IMG/VR virus record: IMGVR_UViG_3300045988_119870
Direction: 5' to 3' (one strand)
Source: a virus
Length of the DNA: 40,865 nucleotides
The notes below the pieces were generated by a model. The model did not search any database. It was not told the origin of the DNA and worked only from the letters and a program-made list of their open reading frames with translations. The translations under genes and the position numbers were made by a program. Shown here in pieces: positions 17,418 to 25,229 of this stretch (within the stretch, counting starts at the first letter, position 1; each line of letters opens with the position of its first letter).

Positions 17418-18053
17418 CTACTGAAATAATGCAATATTTTCTGCAATCAGCCGCTGCCGTTCAATTGGGTTGCTGACTGCAAGAATCTGTTCTTTTGTCA
17501 CAGCGCCTTTTCCGCCGGATCCGCCCTTTGGGGTATTTCCTTTCAGGGCATCTTTTACGGCAGCCTGTACTGCATCCTTGTACATCTTTGTGAAAGCTTC
17601 GACTGCCGTCTTGGTATCCTCAGCGCTTTCCGATACCAGATGTGCCAGAAGTTCATCCGGGATGTTGATTTCTTCATCTGCCAGCATCTTTCTGGCCGTC
17701 TTTGACATTTCCGAGAGCGAATTCTGCCGTTTCAGATCTGCCAGTTCCTTTTCCAACTTCCGGTTTTTATACTCCGCTTTCTCTTCCTTTGTCATCTTCG
17801 CCAGCTTTTCCGCCTCTGAAAGCTTATCATCAGTCAGTGCCTGCCACTTTTCCTGCGCTTTGGTCACTGCTGTATTTACCGCTTTCTGCACTCTGAGGTC
17901 GAACTCCGCGCGATTCTCTGCCTGCCCAAGAAAATCGTCAAATGACATCTCATTTCCGCCATTTCCAGAACCTGCTCCGGCTCCGTCCTCGTTTCCGTCT
18001 CCGGCTCCGCTGCCGTCTCCTTCGCCTTCTGCAAATAACTGCAGGTTCATCAT
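17418..18053 (-). CDS. Capsid scaffolding protein (GP20-like)
   Basis: I trimmed the ORF to the ATG at 18053 (MMNLQLFAEGE), which has SD GGAGA 7 nt upstream. The protein is Gly/Asp-rich and then a highly charged coiled coil (KLSEAEKLAKMTKEEKAEYKNRKLEKELADLKRQ). Confidence 0.85.
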   Translation of the reverse strand: MMNLQLFAEGEGDGSGAGDGNEDGAGAGSGNGGNEMSFDDFLGQAENRAEFDLRVQKAVNTAVTKAQEKWQALTDDKLSEAEKLAKMTKEEKAEYKNRKLEKELADLKRQNSLSEMSKTARKMLADEEINIPDELLAHLVSESAEDTKTAVEAFTKMYKDAVQAAVKDALKGNTPKGGSGGKGAVTKEQILAVSNPIERQRLIAENIALFQ

Positions 18054-18184
18054 TGGGATTCTCCAACGATAATGGTTGTTTTTGTACTTCATTATTTTTT
18101 TGTCCTTTCTGCCCCGTCCCGTTCTGTAATAGCCCCGTGCCGTTGCTCCGGAATCATAGTTTAACGACATTTCGGTCACATCAG

Positions 18185-18472
18185 TTACATGATCCGGACA
18201 TGTTCCGGAAATTCATCGGTCATAAGACAGATGCCGACAAAAAAGGAATCCACCAGCGTTTTTGCTTTCTCTGATAGATTCCCATACTGTATATCGACCA
18301 ATCCGGGCGATACTTCGTATTCTATTTCGTCCCTTGTCAGATCCTTGATCGAGCGGATCAGTGTCCGCACAAGGCTGGAAACACCTGCGCAGACGATGTC
18401 CTGCCCGTGCGGTGCGTACATTGCATGACCGGACACCTTAATTTCGTTTTTACGAACGCGCACCTCAATCAT
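18185..18472 (-). CDS. prp: Prp-like cysteine protease (ribosomal-processing protease / YsxB family homologue)
   Basis: 95 aa. SGHAMYAPHGQDIVCAGVSSL matches the His...Cys dyad region of Prp (S. aureus Prp reads GHADHGEYGHDIVCAGASAV, recalled from memory). It lies immediately upstream of the scaffold and capsid genes. Confidence 0.8.
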   Translation of the reverse strand: MIEVRVRKNEIKVSGHAMYAPHGQDIVCAGVSSLVRTLIRSIKDLTRDEIEYEVSPGLVDIQYGNLSEKAKTLVDSFFVGICLMTDEFPEHVRIM

Positions 18473-18504
18473 TCTCTGATCCTCTCTTTCTTAACAAATG
18501 GGCA

Positions 18505-18535
18505 TAAAAATACCACCGGCCTCTCAACTGGTGGT
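18505..18535 (-). terminator. Rho-independent terminator after the YjcQ-like gene
   Basis: Minus strand reads ACCACCAG-UUGAGAGG-CCGGUGGU followed by AUUUUUAU, 4 nt after the stop at 18539. Confidence 0.55.
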
Positions 18536-18538
18536 TAA

Positions 18539-18871
18539 TTATACAAATGGAACCATTTCTTTTACGTCTTTCAATGTCCTTTTTGCCTTTTCGATCAATG
18601 AATTCTCAAACAGATATGAAATACCTTTGGGCGTGATAATAGCATCCGGCAGATCGCCTAAAAGGACGCCACCTTTCGTATGATTGACGACAATGCCTTT
18701 TACATACTCTTCCGTAATCAGGCTTAACATGATATACTGCCAGTAATTCTCAGGAATATTATAAGCCGATGCTGTAAAGTAACACGCTTCTGGTTTTTCA
18801 CCCTTTTTCAAGCATTCATACAGATATTTCAGTACCTGGTATACAATCACGAAATAATCATTTTGTGCCAT
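18539..18871 (-). CDS. YjcQ-family protein
   Basis: I trimmed the ORF to the ATG at 18871, which has SD AGGAG 9 nt upstream. The C-terminus (IITPKGISYLFENSLIEKAKRTLKDVKEMV) parallels B. subtilis YjcQ (LTEKGENYLKENGTWSKAYKTIKEIKDWI, recalled from memory). Confidence 0.7.
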   Translation of the reverse strand: MAQNDYFVIVYQVLKYLYECLKKGEKPEACYFTASAYNIPENYWQYIMLSLITEEYVKGIVVNHTKGGVLLGDLPDAIITPKGISYLFENSLIEKAKRTLKDVKEMVPFV

Positions 18872-18890
18872 TTGCACCGTCTCCTTATCA

Positions 18891-19061
18891 TCAGTTGATA
18901 ATTAACTGATTCTTGCAAGAATCGCAGTAAAAAGTATTGGTTTTTTCGCGGTCGCCAACAGGAATCATAATTCCTTTTTTACATTTCTTGCACAAAACTT
19001 TTTCGCCTTTTCTCAAGAGCTTTACTCTCTCATGAGGCGGAATATTCAGAGTATTCGTCAT
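18891..19061 (-). CDS. Small zinc-ribbon protein (56 aa, below the ORF-track cutoff)
   Basis: Translates to MTNTLNIPPHERVKLLRKGEKVLCKKCKKGIMIPVGDREKTNTFYCDSCKNQLIIN, with two CxxC pairs. It starts 7 nt after the MuF stop, with GGGAG upstream. Confidence 0.5.
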   Translation of the reverse strand: MTNTLNIPPHERVKLLRKGEKVLCKKCKKGIMIPVGDREKTNTFYCDSCKNQLIIN

Positions 19062-19067
19062 AAACAA

Positions 19068-20474
19068 TCACTCCCATTTCAGATTCGGATATCTATCATT
19101 TATATGATTAATTATATCCTGGAGCACTTTCTCTGTCAATTCAATGTTTTGATGCCTGTACTCGTTCACATAGCATTGCAGTTCTTGACTTTTGGTATTT
19201 GGCTTGTTGATTTTGGCATGCGTGGCCTCGTGAATCACCGTAATAGCCGTTTCACGAACCGTTTTGGTATTATCAGCATAAATGTTGATTTCTCCATCTT
19301 CGAAAAGTCCGTCCAGTCCTTCATCAACATCAACTCCGTACCATACCTTTATTTGAATATCATTTTCCTGAAGATATTCCAACATTTCCGTTCCGATGCT
19401 GGACTTTTTCATTTCTTTCATGATATTTCGAGGTTTGATAACGTCTCGCCCCTTTGATCTGCCATCCAATGTTTGGAATATTCCTTCGTTGTCTTTATAT
19501 CTTGCCTTTCTGTTTTTCGATGCTTCCCATTCTTCTGTGGTACCACCCTGCTCCAGAAAGTCCAACCATTTCTCATATTCTGCACTGTCTTCATAGGCTG
19601 CCGTGGAGCAGTGACACCGCGGATGCATCGGCGGCGCGTTCGTCCCCGGCATCATGTCCTGAACTTTGAAATGCCTGCCATCCAACGCCTGGCACCGTTC
19701 GCAGACATCTGCATTCCCGCAGGCAACGTATGTATACTCCTCGAATCCGTTTCGAAGGTAGGACTGTTTCTGCGCTTCTGTCTGGACTCTGGCAAGCTCC
19801 GTGACCATGAGCCGCTCTGCATCCTCCCTGCTTGCGCCGAAGCGTTTCTGCAGGTGCACCGCAAGCTCCCGCGGGTTCTTGCCCTGGATTAGCCCTGTTT
19901 TCAGCAGCTTGTCCAGCTCTGCTTTCAGCATATCCTGATACATCCAGATTCGATCGGAATAAGTGGCGTTATGGAATGACGCATCGACAATTGCCCGCGC
20001 CATTTTCCCATTTTCCTGCACGGAATTGCCAAGAATACCCGCCTGTCTGCGAAACTCTTCTATTGTCTGCTGTGTCAGCGTCCGATCGAAATATTTCTGC
20101 AGTTCATCGAATCCGGATACCATTTCCAGCCCAATATTGGCTTTCAGCAGTTCCAGACGGTTGATCTTCATGGTTGCATTGTACAGCCGCATCTCTTCAT
20201 TCGCCTGGTCGGAAAAATCTTTTTCTTTGACGTATTTCGCCGCTTTCCTGCCATACTCTTCGATATCGAGCTTGGAAACCCTTCTCTTTGCTTCTGCCAG
20301 CGAAATCTTCTCAGCATTGGCGTATTTTGCGTAAAATCCATCGATTTCCTTCTGAATCTGATCCGCCATATACGCATAGGTCTTCCGGATCTCTTCTGCA
20401 TAGGTCTGCTCAGACATCTTATTCTTCTTGGCATGTTCCGTCTCACGTTTCTGCCAGTATTCCTTACTCGTCAT
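19068..20474 (-). CDS. Head morphogenesis protein (SPP1 gp7 / Mu F family) with a ~178-aa C-terminal HEXXH extension
   Basis: The MuF core ends at the conserved PPMHPRCHCS. The extra C-terminal domain carries VIHEATHAKI (HEATH at 19218-19232). I chose the ATG at 20474; the ORF track's TTG at 20492 is the alternative. Confidence 0.85.
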   Translation of the reverse strand: MTSKEYWQKRETEHAKKNKMSEQTYAEEIRKTYAYMADQIQKEIDGFYAKYANAEKISLAEAKRRVSKLDIEEYGRKAAKYVKEKDFSDQANEEMRLYNATMKINRLELLKANIGLEMVSGFDELQKYFDRTLTQQTIEEFRRQAGILGNSVQENGKMARAIVDASFHNATYSDRIWMYQDMLKAELDKLLKTGLIQGKNPRELAVHLQKRFGASREDAERLMVTELARVQTEAQKQSYLRNGFEEYTYVACGNADVCERCQALDGRHFKVQDMMPGTNAPPMHPRCHCSTAAYEDSAEYEKWLDFLEQGGTTEEWEASKNRKARYKDNEGIFQTLDGRSKGRDVIKPRNIMKEMKKSSIGTEMLEYLQENDIQIKVWYGVDVDEGLDGLFEDGEINIYADNTKTVRETAITVIHEATHAKINKPNTKSQELQCYVNEYRHQNIELTEKVLQDIINHINDRYPNLKWE

Positions 20475-21798
20475 CCTGTCCACCGCCGCCAAACATCTGC
20501 TTCATCACTGGATCCGCTCTCACCTTATCCTGGTCTGCATCGATTTTCTCGATTTCATTCTGCACATTATCCACGATTGACAGCACGCCGAGCTGTGTTT
20601 CCTGGCTGACAACGCCTTCCAGATTCTTCGCGATCTCTGCCTCTTCCTGCAGGTTTGCCGGGAAATTTGGTGTAAAATGTGGATGGATCTTCACCCAGTC
20701 ATCTTTTTTCATTCCTGAGACCGGATTTGAAAAAATCAGACGATACCTCCGGTTCATACCGCTGGTAAATTTCCGCTCTTTCGTTTTTTCCAAGTTACTC
20801 ATTGCCTGCAGCTTATATTTCATGGCGATGCCGGAACTGGTGCCAAAATTCTCATCCGAGATATTGGCCACCATGCTGATATGGAAAATGAGCTTTTCCA
20901 GACGATCGATCAGATGCTCCTGCGTGGTATCACCATCCGGTTTCTGAAGAAATTCGACAATCAACCGTTCGGTGTCCCCGTCGAAATTAATGATTCTGTC
21001 ATCCCGGATATGCGCCACATCGTCTTCTTCCAGCTTGGAACCAAGAACCTTGAGATAGGCATCCGCGAAATAGTCAACATCATTGGCTTTCTCGCTGATC
21101 GCCTTGTTGTATGCATTAATCATCGTAAGGACCGGCTCGAAGATTCCCATACGCTCCTTGTTTTCTACGTACTCCGATGCCGGAACGCCGTCGAAGCCGT
21201 GTATCTTCTCGTCTGCATCCCAGAGCAATTTTCCTTTGATTGTAAACCAGCGGACCTTCGTCTCGTCCGATACGCTTCCATGAAGGATCTGATTCGAATC
21301 GTAATACAGCCGCACGAAATATCGTTCCCTTTCCAGCACGGAATCATCGTAGATCATGAATGCATCCAGCGGGCTCAGGTATGTAATACCGATATTCCCA
21401 TTCTCATCCACATAATACATTTCATAACCCTTGCCAAAGATACTGCAGATTTTGGACAGTTCAGCATTGTTATCGTCCTGATCGTTGTACTGATCCAGGA
21501 ACTCAACATATTTCTCAACCACTTCGTTTCCACCATCAACCAGTAGCTTAATTGGATGCCCGATGAAGAAACCATTCATCGTATCCACGATATATTTTGC
21601 AAAATTGACCATGATTCGGTTGTCCGGCTTCCACTTGGGCTTTAACGGCTCATGCAGGATCGGGTAATCCGTCTCGTAGGCCTCCTGCAGCCTGCTGTAT
21701 CTAAATGCGCACTCTCCGGAATGCCGCATGATAAATTCGTTCAATTTGGCATCTGTCAGCGTCTCTTCCGACGGCAGCCTATACAAATTCGTTTGCAC
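20464..21798 (-). CDS. Portal protein (SPP1 gp6-like)
   Basis: 444 aa. The GTG start has SD AGGAGGGA. N-terminal motifs (RYSRLQEAYETDYPIL...PDNRIMVNFAKYIVDTMNGFFIGHPI) are typical of SPP1-type portals. It sits between terL and MuF. Confidence 0.92.
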   Translation of the reverse strand: MQTNLYRLPSEETLTDAKLNEFIMRHSGECAFRYSRLQEAYETDYPILHEPLKPKWKPDNRIMVNFAKYIVDTMNGFFIGHPIKLLVDGGNEVVEKYVEFLDQYNDQDDNNAELSKICSIFGKGYEMYYVDENGNIGITYLSPLDAFMIYDDSVLERERYFVRLYYDSNQILHGSVSDETKVRWFTIKGKLLWDADEKIHGFDGVPASEYVENKERMGIFEPVLTMINAYNKAISEKANDVDYFADAYLKVLGSKLEEDDVAHIRDDRIINFDGDTERLIVEFLQKPDGDTTQEHLIDRLEKLIFHISMVANISDENFGTSSGIAMKYKLQAMSNLEKTKERKFTSGMNRRYRLIFSNPVSGMKKDDWVKIHPHFTPNFPANLQEEAEIAKNLEGVVSQETQLGVLSIVDNVQNEIEKIDADQDKVRADPVMKQMFGGGGQDDE

Positions 21799-21800
21799 TT

Positions 21801-23045
21801 CTATATCCCTCCTTTCACCTTTCTGTTCAGCCGTGGTTTCGCCTTGCGTTCTTCCTCAATGGAGTACCGAAGCATCGCCATGGCATCATCAAAAAATGGA
21901 ACTGGCTCTTCGAGATAAGTGTTGGTACGCTCATCCTTCTTCCACTTCCATTGCTGAATTTCTTTTATTGTATTGACGCAGGACGGGTAAATATGGATTC
22001 TGTGCTGTTTCAGGTAATCTATCTGGGCATGCACGCTGTTCGGCTCCTTCTGCACGCCTTTTGCGCGGTATCCCGCCTTCTGCCACATCTTGATACGGTC
22101 CGGCTCCGCAGAATCGCACCACATGCGCAGGCGCTTGTTGAACTGCCCCTCCGCCAGCCGGATGATCTCGTCCGTGTCCATCTCATACACGTACAGTTCC
22201 CGGCATAGATACAGATCACCATCCTTAAAGCCAACCTCACCGATGCAATTGGCGTGATTGAATCCGAAATCCTGTGCATTGACCATGTAATCGAATCGTT
22301 CCGGTGAACAGTCAAATTCTTCGACAACATAGTTTTTGAGGATCAGTCCGGCGACCTCGCCCCATTCCCCCAGGCCATACACCCGATACCCCTCTGGATC
22401 CACTTCCTTACGCCGCATCATACGTCTTCGGTAGGCATCATCGATAAAGCGGTTCTGCTCGTAGGTTGACTGATGTGTCAGAACATCCGGATCTGACCGG
22501 TCAAAGAACACACGCTTAATCCAGTGGTACGCCGATACCGGGTTGAACGTCATCCGGATCTGATAGAACTGTCCATCCGGCAGTTCACCACGGAGACGGT
22601 CATCAATGATCTCGAAGTCCGCCTGCGTAATTTCCGTGGCTTCTTCGATCCAGACATCCGTCAGCTTGCCACGTTTGAATGTAATGGATTTCAGTTTTTC
22701 ACGCTGCTTTTCATCGTTGACGCCTCGGAAAATGATCTGATTGCGGTTGATTTTACACTCCACAATCATGTTGGAGCTGTTAATATGCCAATATTTCTTG
22801 TACTGCTCCCCAAACATGCGAAAAATAGCACCTTGCAATTCTGCAAAAGTGCTATCCCTGTTGGTCACGTCCGCCTTTCGAACGCATAGAAGATTTCTTC
22901 CCGGATCCTGCATCAGCCGCAGGATATAATTCTGCGCCGTATCAACACTCTTTCCTGATCCAGCAGAGCCTTTCATAACGATATATCTTTTCCGGGAACG
23001 GTCAACTTCTTTGAAGCCCGGATTCATCTGGACGTTTATATTCAT
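21801..23045 (-). CDS. terL: Terminase large subunit (PBSX/Terminase_3-like)
   Basis: 414 aa with Walker A GSAGSGKS and Walker B-like LTDVWIEEATE. The C-terminal nuclease region includes DFGFNHAN. The start forms an ATGA overlap with terS. Confidence 0.95.
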   Translation of the reverse strand: MNINVQMNPGFKEVDRSRKRYIVMKGSAGSGKSVDTAQNYILRLMQDPGRNLLCVRKADVTNRDSTFAELQGAIFRMFGEQYKKYWHINSSNMIVECKINRNQIIFRGVNDEKQREKLKSITFKRGKLTDVWIEEATEITQADFEIIDDRLRGELPDGQFYQIRMTFNPVSAYHWIKRVFFDRSDPDVLTHQSTYEQNRFIDDAYRRRMMRRKEVDPEGYRVYGLGEWGEVAGLILKNYVVEEFDCSPERFDYMVNAQDFGFNHANCIGEVGFKDGDLYLCRELYVYEMDTDEIIRLAEGQFNKRLRMWCDSAEPDRIKMWQKAGYRAKGVQKEPNSVHAQIDYLKQHRIHIYPSCVNTIKEIQQWKWKKDERTNTYLEEPVPFFDDAMAMLRYSIEEERKAKPRLNRKVKGGI

Positions 23046-23491
23046 CCGGAATCGTCCTCCCCGTAGTCAATCGTGATGTTGAGATCCATATCGGTTGCCA
23101 CATCAACTTTCTCTGTATACAGTCCGTATCGCTTGCCGAGAAGCTCCGCAGCCTTTAAGCGCTCTTTCTCAGACGGTGCCTTTTCGATGGTTCGTGCCTC
23201 GGAGCAGCCGTCGCCGGTTCCTTCAACTACAATTTCTGTGGAACTGCTTTTTCCGCGAAGCACGGAAGTCAGATACTCTATTACTTCCTGGGCGTCCGCC
23301 GTCTTCTCGTTGTGGATCTCTTCCATCCGATCAGCTATATATTTTTTAACGTTAACATTAGTTAACAATCTGCTTGCCGCCGCTTTAGCTACTTCATCAC
23401 TTTTCACGCCTTTATACACTGCTTTATATGCCCGAGTGGCGTTCAAATCACTCAAATATTCATCGCAAAACTTTTTCTGTTTTTCCGTCAC
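23042..23491 (-). CDS. terS: Terminase small subunit
   Basis: 149 aa. MTEKQKKFCDEYLSDLNATRAYKAVY is the hallmark N-terminal HTH of the Terminase_2 family. The GTG start has SD GAGGTGA. Confidence 0.9.
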   Translation of the reverse strand: MTEKQKKFCDEYLSDLNATRAYKAVYKGVKSDEVAKAAASRLLTNVNVKKYIADRMEEIHNEKTADAQEVIEYLTSVLRGKSSSTEIVVEGTGDGCSEARTIEKAPSEKERLKAAELLGKRYGLYTEKVDVATDMDLNITIDYGEDDSG

Positions 23492-23590
23492 TCAAGCTCA
23501 CCTCATTTCTGCACGCAAAAATTCCCCGCATCTCTGCGAGGAATCCTTGTATAAGAGTAACAAATCGGAGAATCTCCATCCACTGGAGAG

Positions 23591-23674
23591 TTGGAACGGC
23601 AGGACTCGAACCTGCGCCCTTGTCGACTCATGCGAATAGCATGCGACTGCTTCTTCCTTCTGAGCTACGTTCCA
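23591..23674 (-). tRNA. tRNA-like element with a non-canonical anticodon region (possible pseudo-tRNA or tRNA mimic)
   Basis: On the minus strand the 7-bp acceptor pairs perfectly (TGGAACG / CGTTCCA). A D-arm (GCT..AGAAGGAAG..AGC) and a perfect T-arm (GCAGG-TTCGAGT-CCTGC) are present. The 32 nt between them do not fold into a 5-bp stem with a 7-nt loop. That stretch carries a TCGCATG direct duplication. No CCA is encoded. Confidence 0.4.
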
Positions 23675-23881
23675 GGTGGCGCAAGGTACCAAGCTGCGCC
23701 GTGCACCATTCGATTACTCGGACATTTTCCGCGGGCTGATGCCGCCCAATCAGCGGCCAGGCTGTGACACCTGACCGCCGCTCAAAATATATCTAAGGAG
23801 TTTTGCAAGAAAGTGTAGGAAATGTTGATCCCTTATCCATTCTCTGGCTCTTACAGCATATCACATGTATAGTATGACATT

Positions 23882-24304
23882 CTATGACATCTTAAAATTT
23901 CTTAATGCTTTTTTATGTATTCTTTGAACATGTTCCGAACTGTACCCCATTCTCTCTGCGATCTGCTCCCACTTCATCCAGCGAATGTACCGCAGCCTCA
24001 AGACCGTTTTTTCGGTTTCGTCTCGCATTGCCTCAATCCGCTGCGTAATTTCTCGCCGGATTCTGATCCGCTGCTCCATCTTATCTTTCAACTCTGTCAG
24101 CAGCTCATCAAGTTGTGCGGCATACTCTGAAAGATCCATGCAACTGCTCCCATGCGGCATCCCGTCTTGGATCAGCGCCGGAAACATTTTATTCATCCGC
24201 AGATCATCGATCTCTTCCCGAATCTCTTTTTCTGCCAATTCTGCCGCATGGTATCTTTTTAAATATGCTTTTTTTCTGTCATTCTCTTCTTTGTACTGCT
24301 CCAT
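23882..24304 (-). CDS. Sigma-70 region-4-like transcriptional regulator (probable late-gene activator)
   Basis: I trimmed the ORF to the ATG at 24304, which has SD GGGAGGTG. The C-terminal HTH (TVLRLRYIRWMKWEQIAERMGYSSEHVQRIHKKALRNF) looks like sigma region 4. It is the last gene before the terminase/structural block. Confidence 0.7.
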   Translation of the reverse strand: MEQYKEENDRKKAYLKRYHAAELAEKEIREEIDDLRMNKMFPALIQDGMPHGSSCMDLSEYAAQLDELLTELKDKMEQRIRIRREITQRIEAMRDETEKTVLRLRYIRWMKWEQIAERMGYSSEHVQRIHKKALRNFKMS

Positions 24305-24512
24305 CGGTTTCACCTCCCTGTGTATTTTCATATTAGCTGTCATTTACTTTTTCACAAGATCATAGTATTTTGAATCATCAGCATTGCCAGAATAAAATCC
24401 AGCATTCCTAAGATCTGATCTTCTTTTGACGGGATGTACGTCTTATTTCCGTCACGATCTTCAATCGTCACTGTTCTCTTTAAACCCAAATACACTTCTA
24501 CTACTGCCAAAA

Positions 24513-24713
24513 TTATGGTGTGAGCCTTTGAACTGCTTCTTCCACCTCTCCCGGATCCAGCCCAGTCTCTTCGTAATCTTTCAATTTTGCAAGGGCTCCA
24601 TAGATTTTTTGACTCATATCCTTGGTAATCACATGACCTTCCTGCAGCTGCTCCCAGCTTACACCTCTCAGGTGCCATAATCCTCTTTCACTTTTTTCCG
24701 TTAGTCTTACCAT
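24513..24713 (-). CDS. Hypothetical protein (66 aa)
   Basis: The ATG at 24713 has SD GGAGTGA. The sequence is MVRLTEKSERGLWHLRGVSWEQLQEGHVITKDMSQKIYGALAKLKDYEETGLDPGEVEE. Confidence 0.5.
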   Translation of the reverse strand: MVRLTEKSERGLWHLRGVSWEQLQEGHVITKDMSQKIYGALAKLKDYEETGLDPGEVEEAVQRLTP

Positions 24714-24909
24714 GCTTCTCACTCCATTCTCTTAAGTATTCCATCTGTTCTTCATCCTCCCGCGGATCCTTTGGACGCTCTGTCCGGTTCAGTAGCCACG
24801 CCGCTGCTCCGATTACCAGCGCACAAAATACTACTATACATTTGGTAGCAGTGTTAAATCCTCTCTCTGTACTCTTGTGATGTATGAATATTGTCCGCAA
24901 TGTGGGCAT
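24688..24909 (-). CDS. Small single-TM protein, paralogue of 25064..25228 (start unresolved, possibly degenerate)
   Basis: The C-terminal 50 aa (IVVFCALVIGAAAWLLNRTERPKDPREDEEQMEYLREWSEKHGK) align with the 54-aa paralogue. There is no start codon at the equivalent position. The only ATG (24909) overlaps the upstream gene by 76 nt. Confidence 0.35.
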   Translation of the reverse strand: MPTLRTIFIHHKSTERGFNTATKCIVVFCALVIGAAAWLLNRTERPKDPREDEEQMEYLREWSEKHGKTNGKK

Positions 24910-25067
24910 TTCTCCGTTTTAATTGTCAGCCCTTTTCCGCGCACAACCTCCGTGATTGTAACTGTCGCCCCTTTCCCTATCGCTACGCCTGCCACATTTC
25001 TTATATCGCGTTCCAGCGTTGCTTTTCTTCCTTTCAGCATTTCTCCAGTAAATTTTCTCGGTATCAT
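24834..25067 (-). CDS. Hypothetical protein (77 aa) with a CPHC motif
   Basis: An ATGA start/stop overlap with the upstream small TM gene indicates translational coupling. No family was recognised. Confidence 0.55.
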   Translation of the reverse strand: MIPRKFTGEMLKGRKATLERDIRNVAGVAIGKGATVTITEVVRGKGLTIKTEKCPHCGQYSYITRVQREDLTLLPNV

Positions 25068-25228
25068 TTTTCTTTGTCCGTCCTTTCATGTTTTTTCTTC
25101 CATGCTTCCAAGTATTCCATCTGCTCCTGATCTTCCCTCGGATCCTTCTCACATTCCGGGCGGTTCAGCAGCAACGCCGCCGCACAGATGATCCCCCCGC
25201 AAAACACGATAATTCCAATGATTTCCAT
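25064..25228 (-). CDS. Small single-TM protein (54 aa)
   Basis: I trimmed the ORF to the ATG at 25228 (MEIIGIIVFCGGIICAAALLL...), which has SD GAGGAGGAG and starts 2 nt after the upstream stop. It has an acidic C-terminus. Confidence 0.6.
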   Translation of the reverse strand: MEIIGIIVFCGGIICAAALLLNRPECEKDPREDQEQMEYLEAWKKKHERTDKEK

Positions 25229-25229
25229 T

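Noticed and set aside
24352-24678. 108-aa minus-strand ORF.
   Set aside because: Its first half overlaps the better-supported 66-aa gene (24513..24713) in another frame and is Arg/Gly-rich. Only the last ~50 codons (..VEVYLGLKRTVTIEDRDGNKTYIPSKEDQILGMLDFILAML..) might be real. I found no ATG, only weak TTG/GTG starts without an SD.
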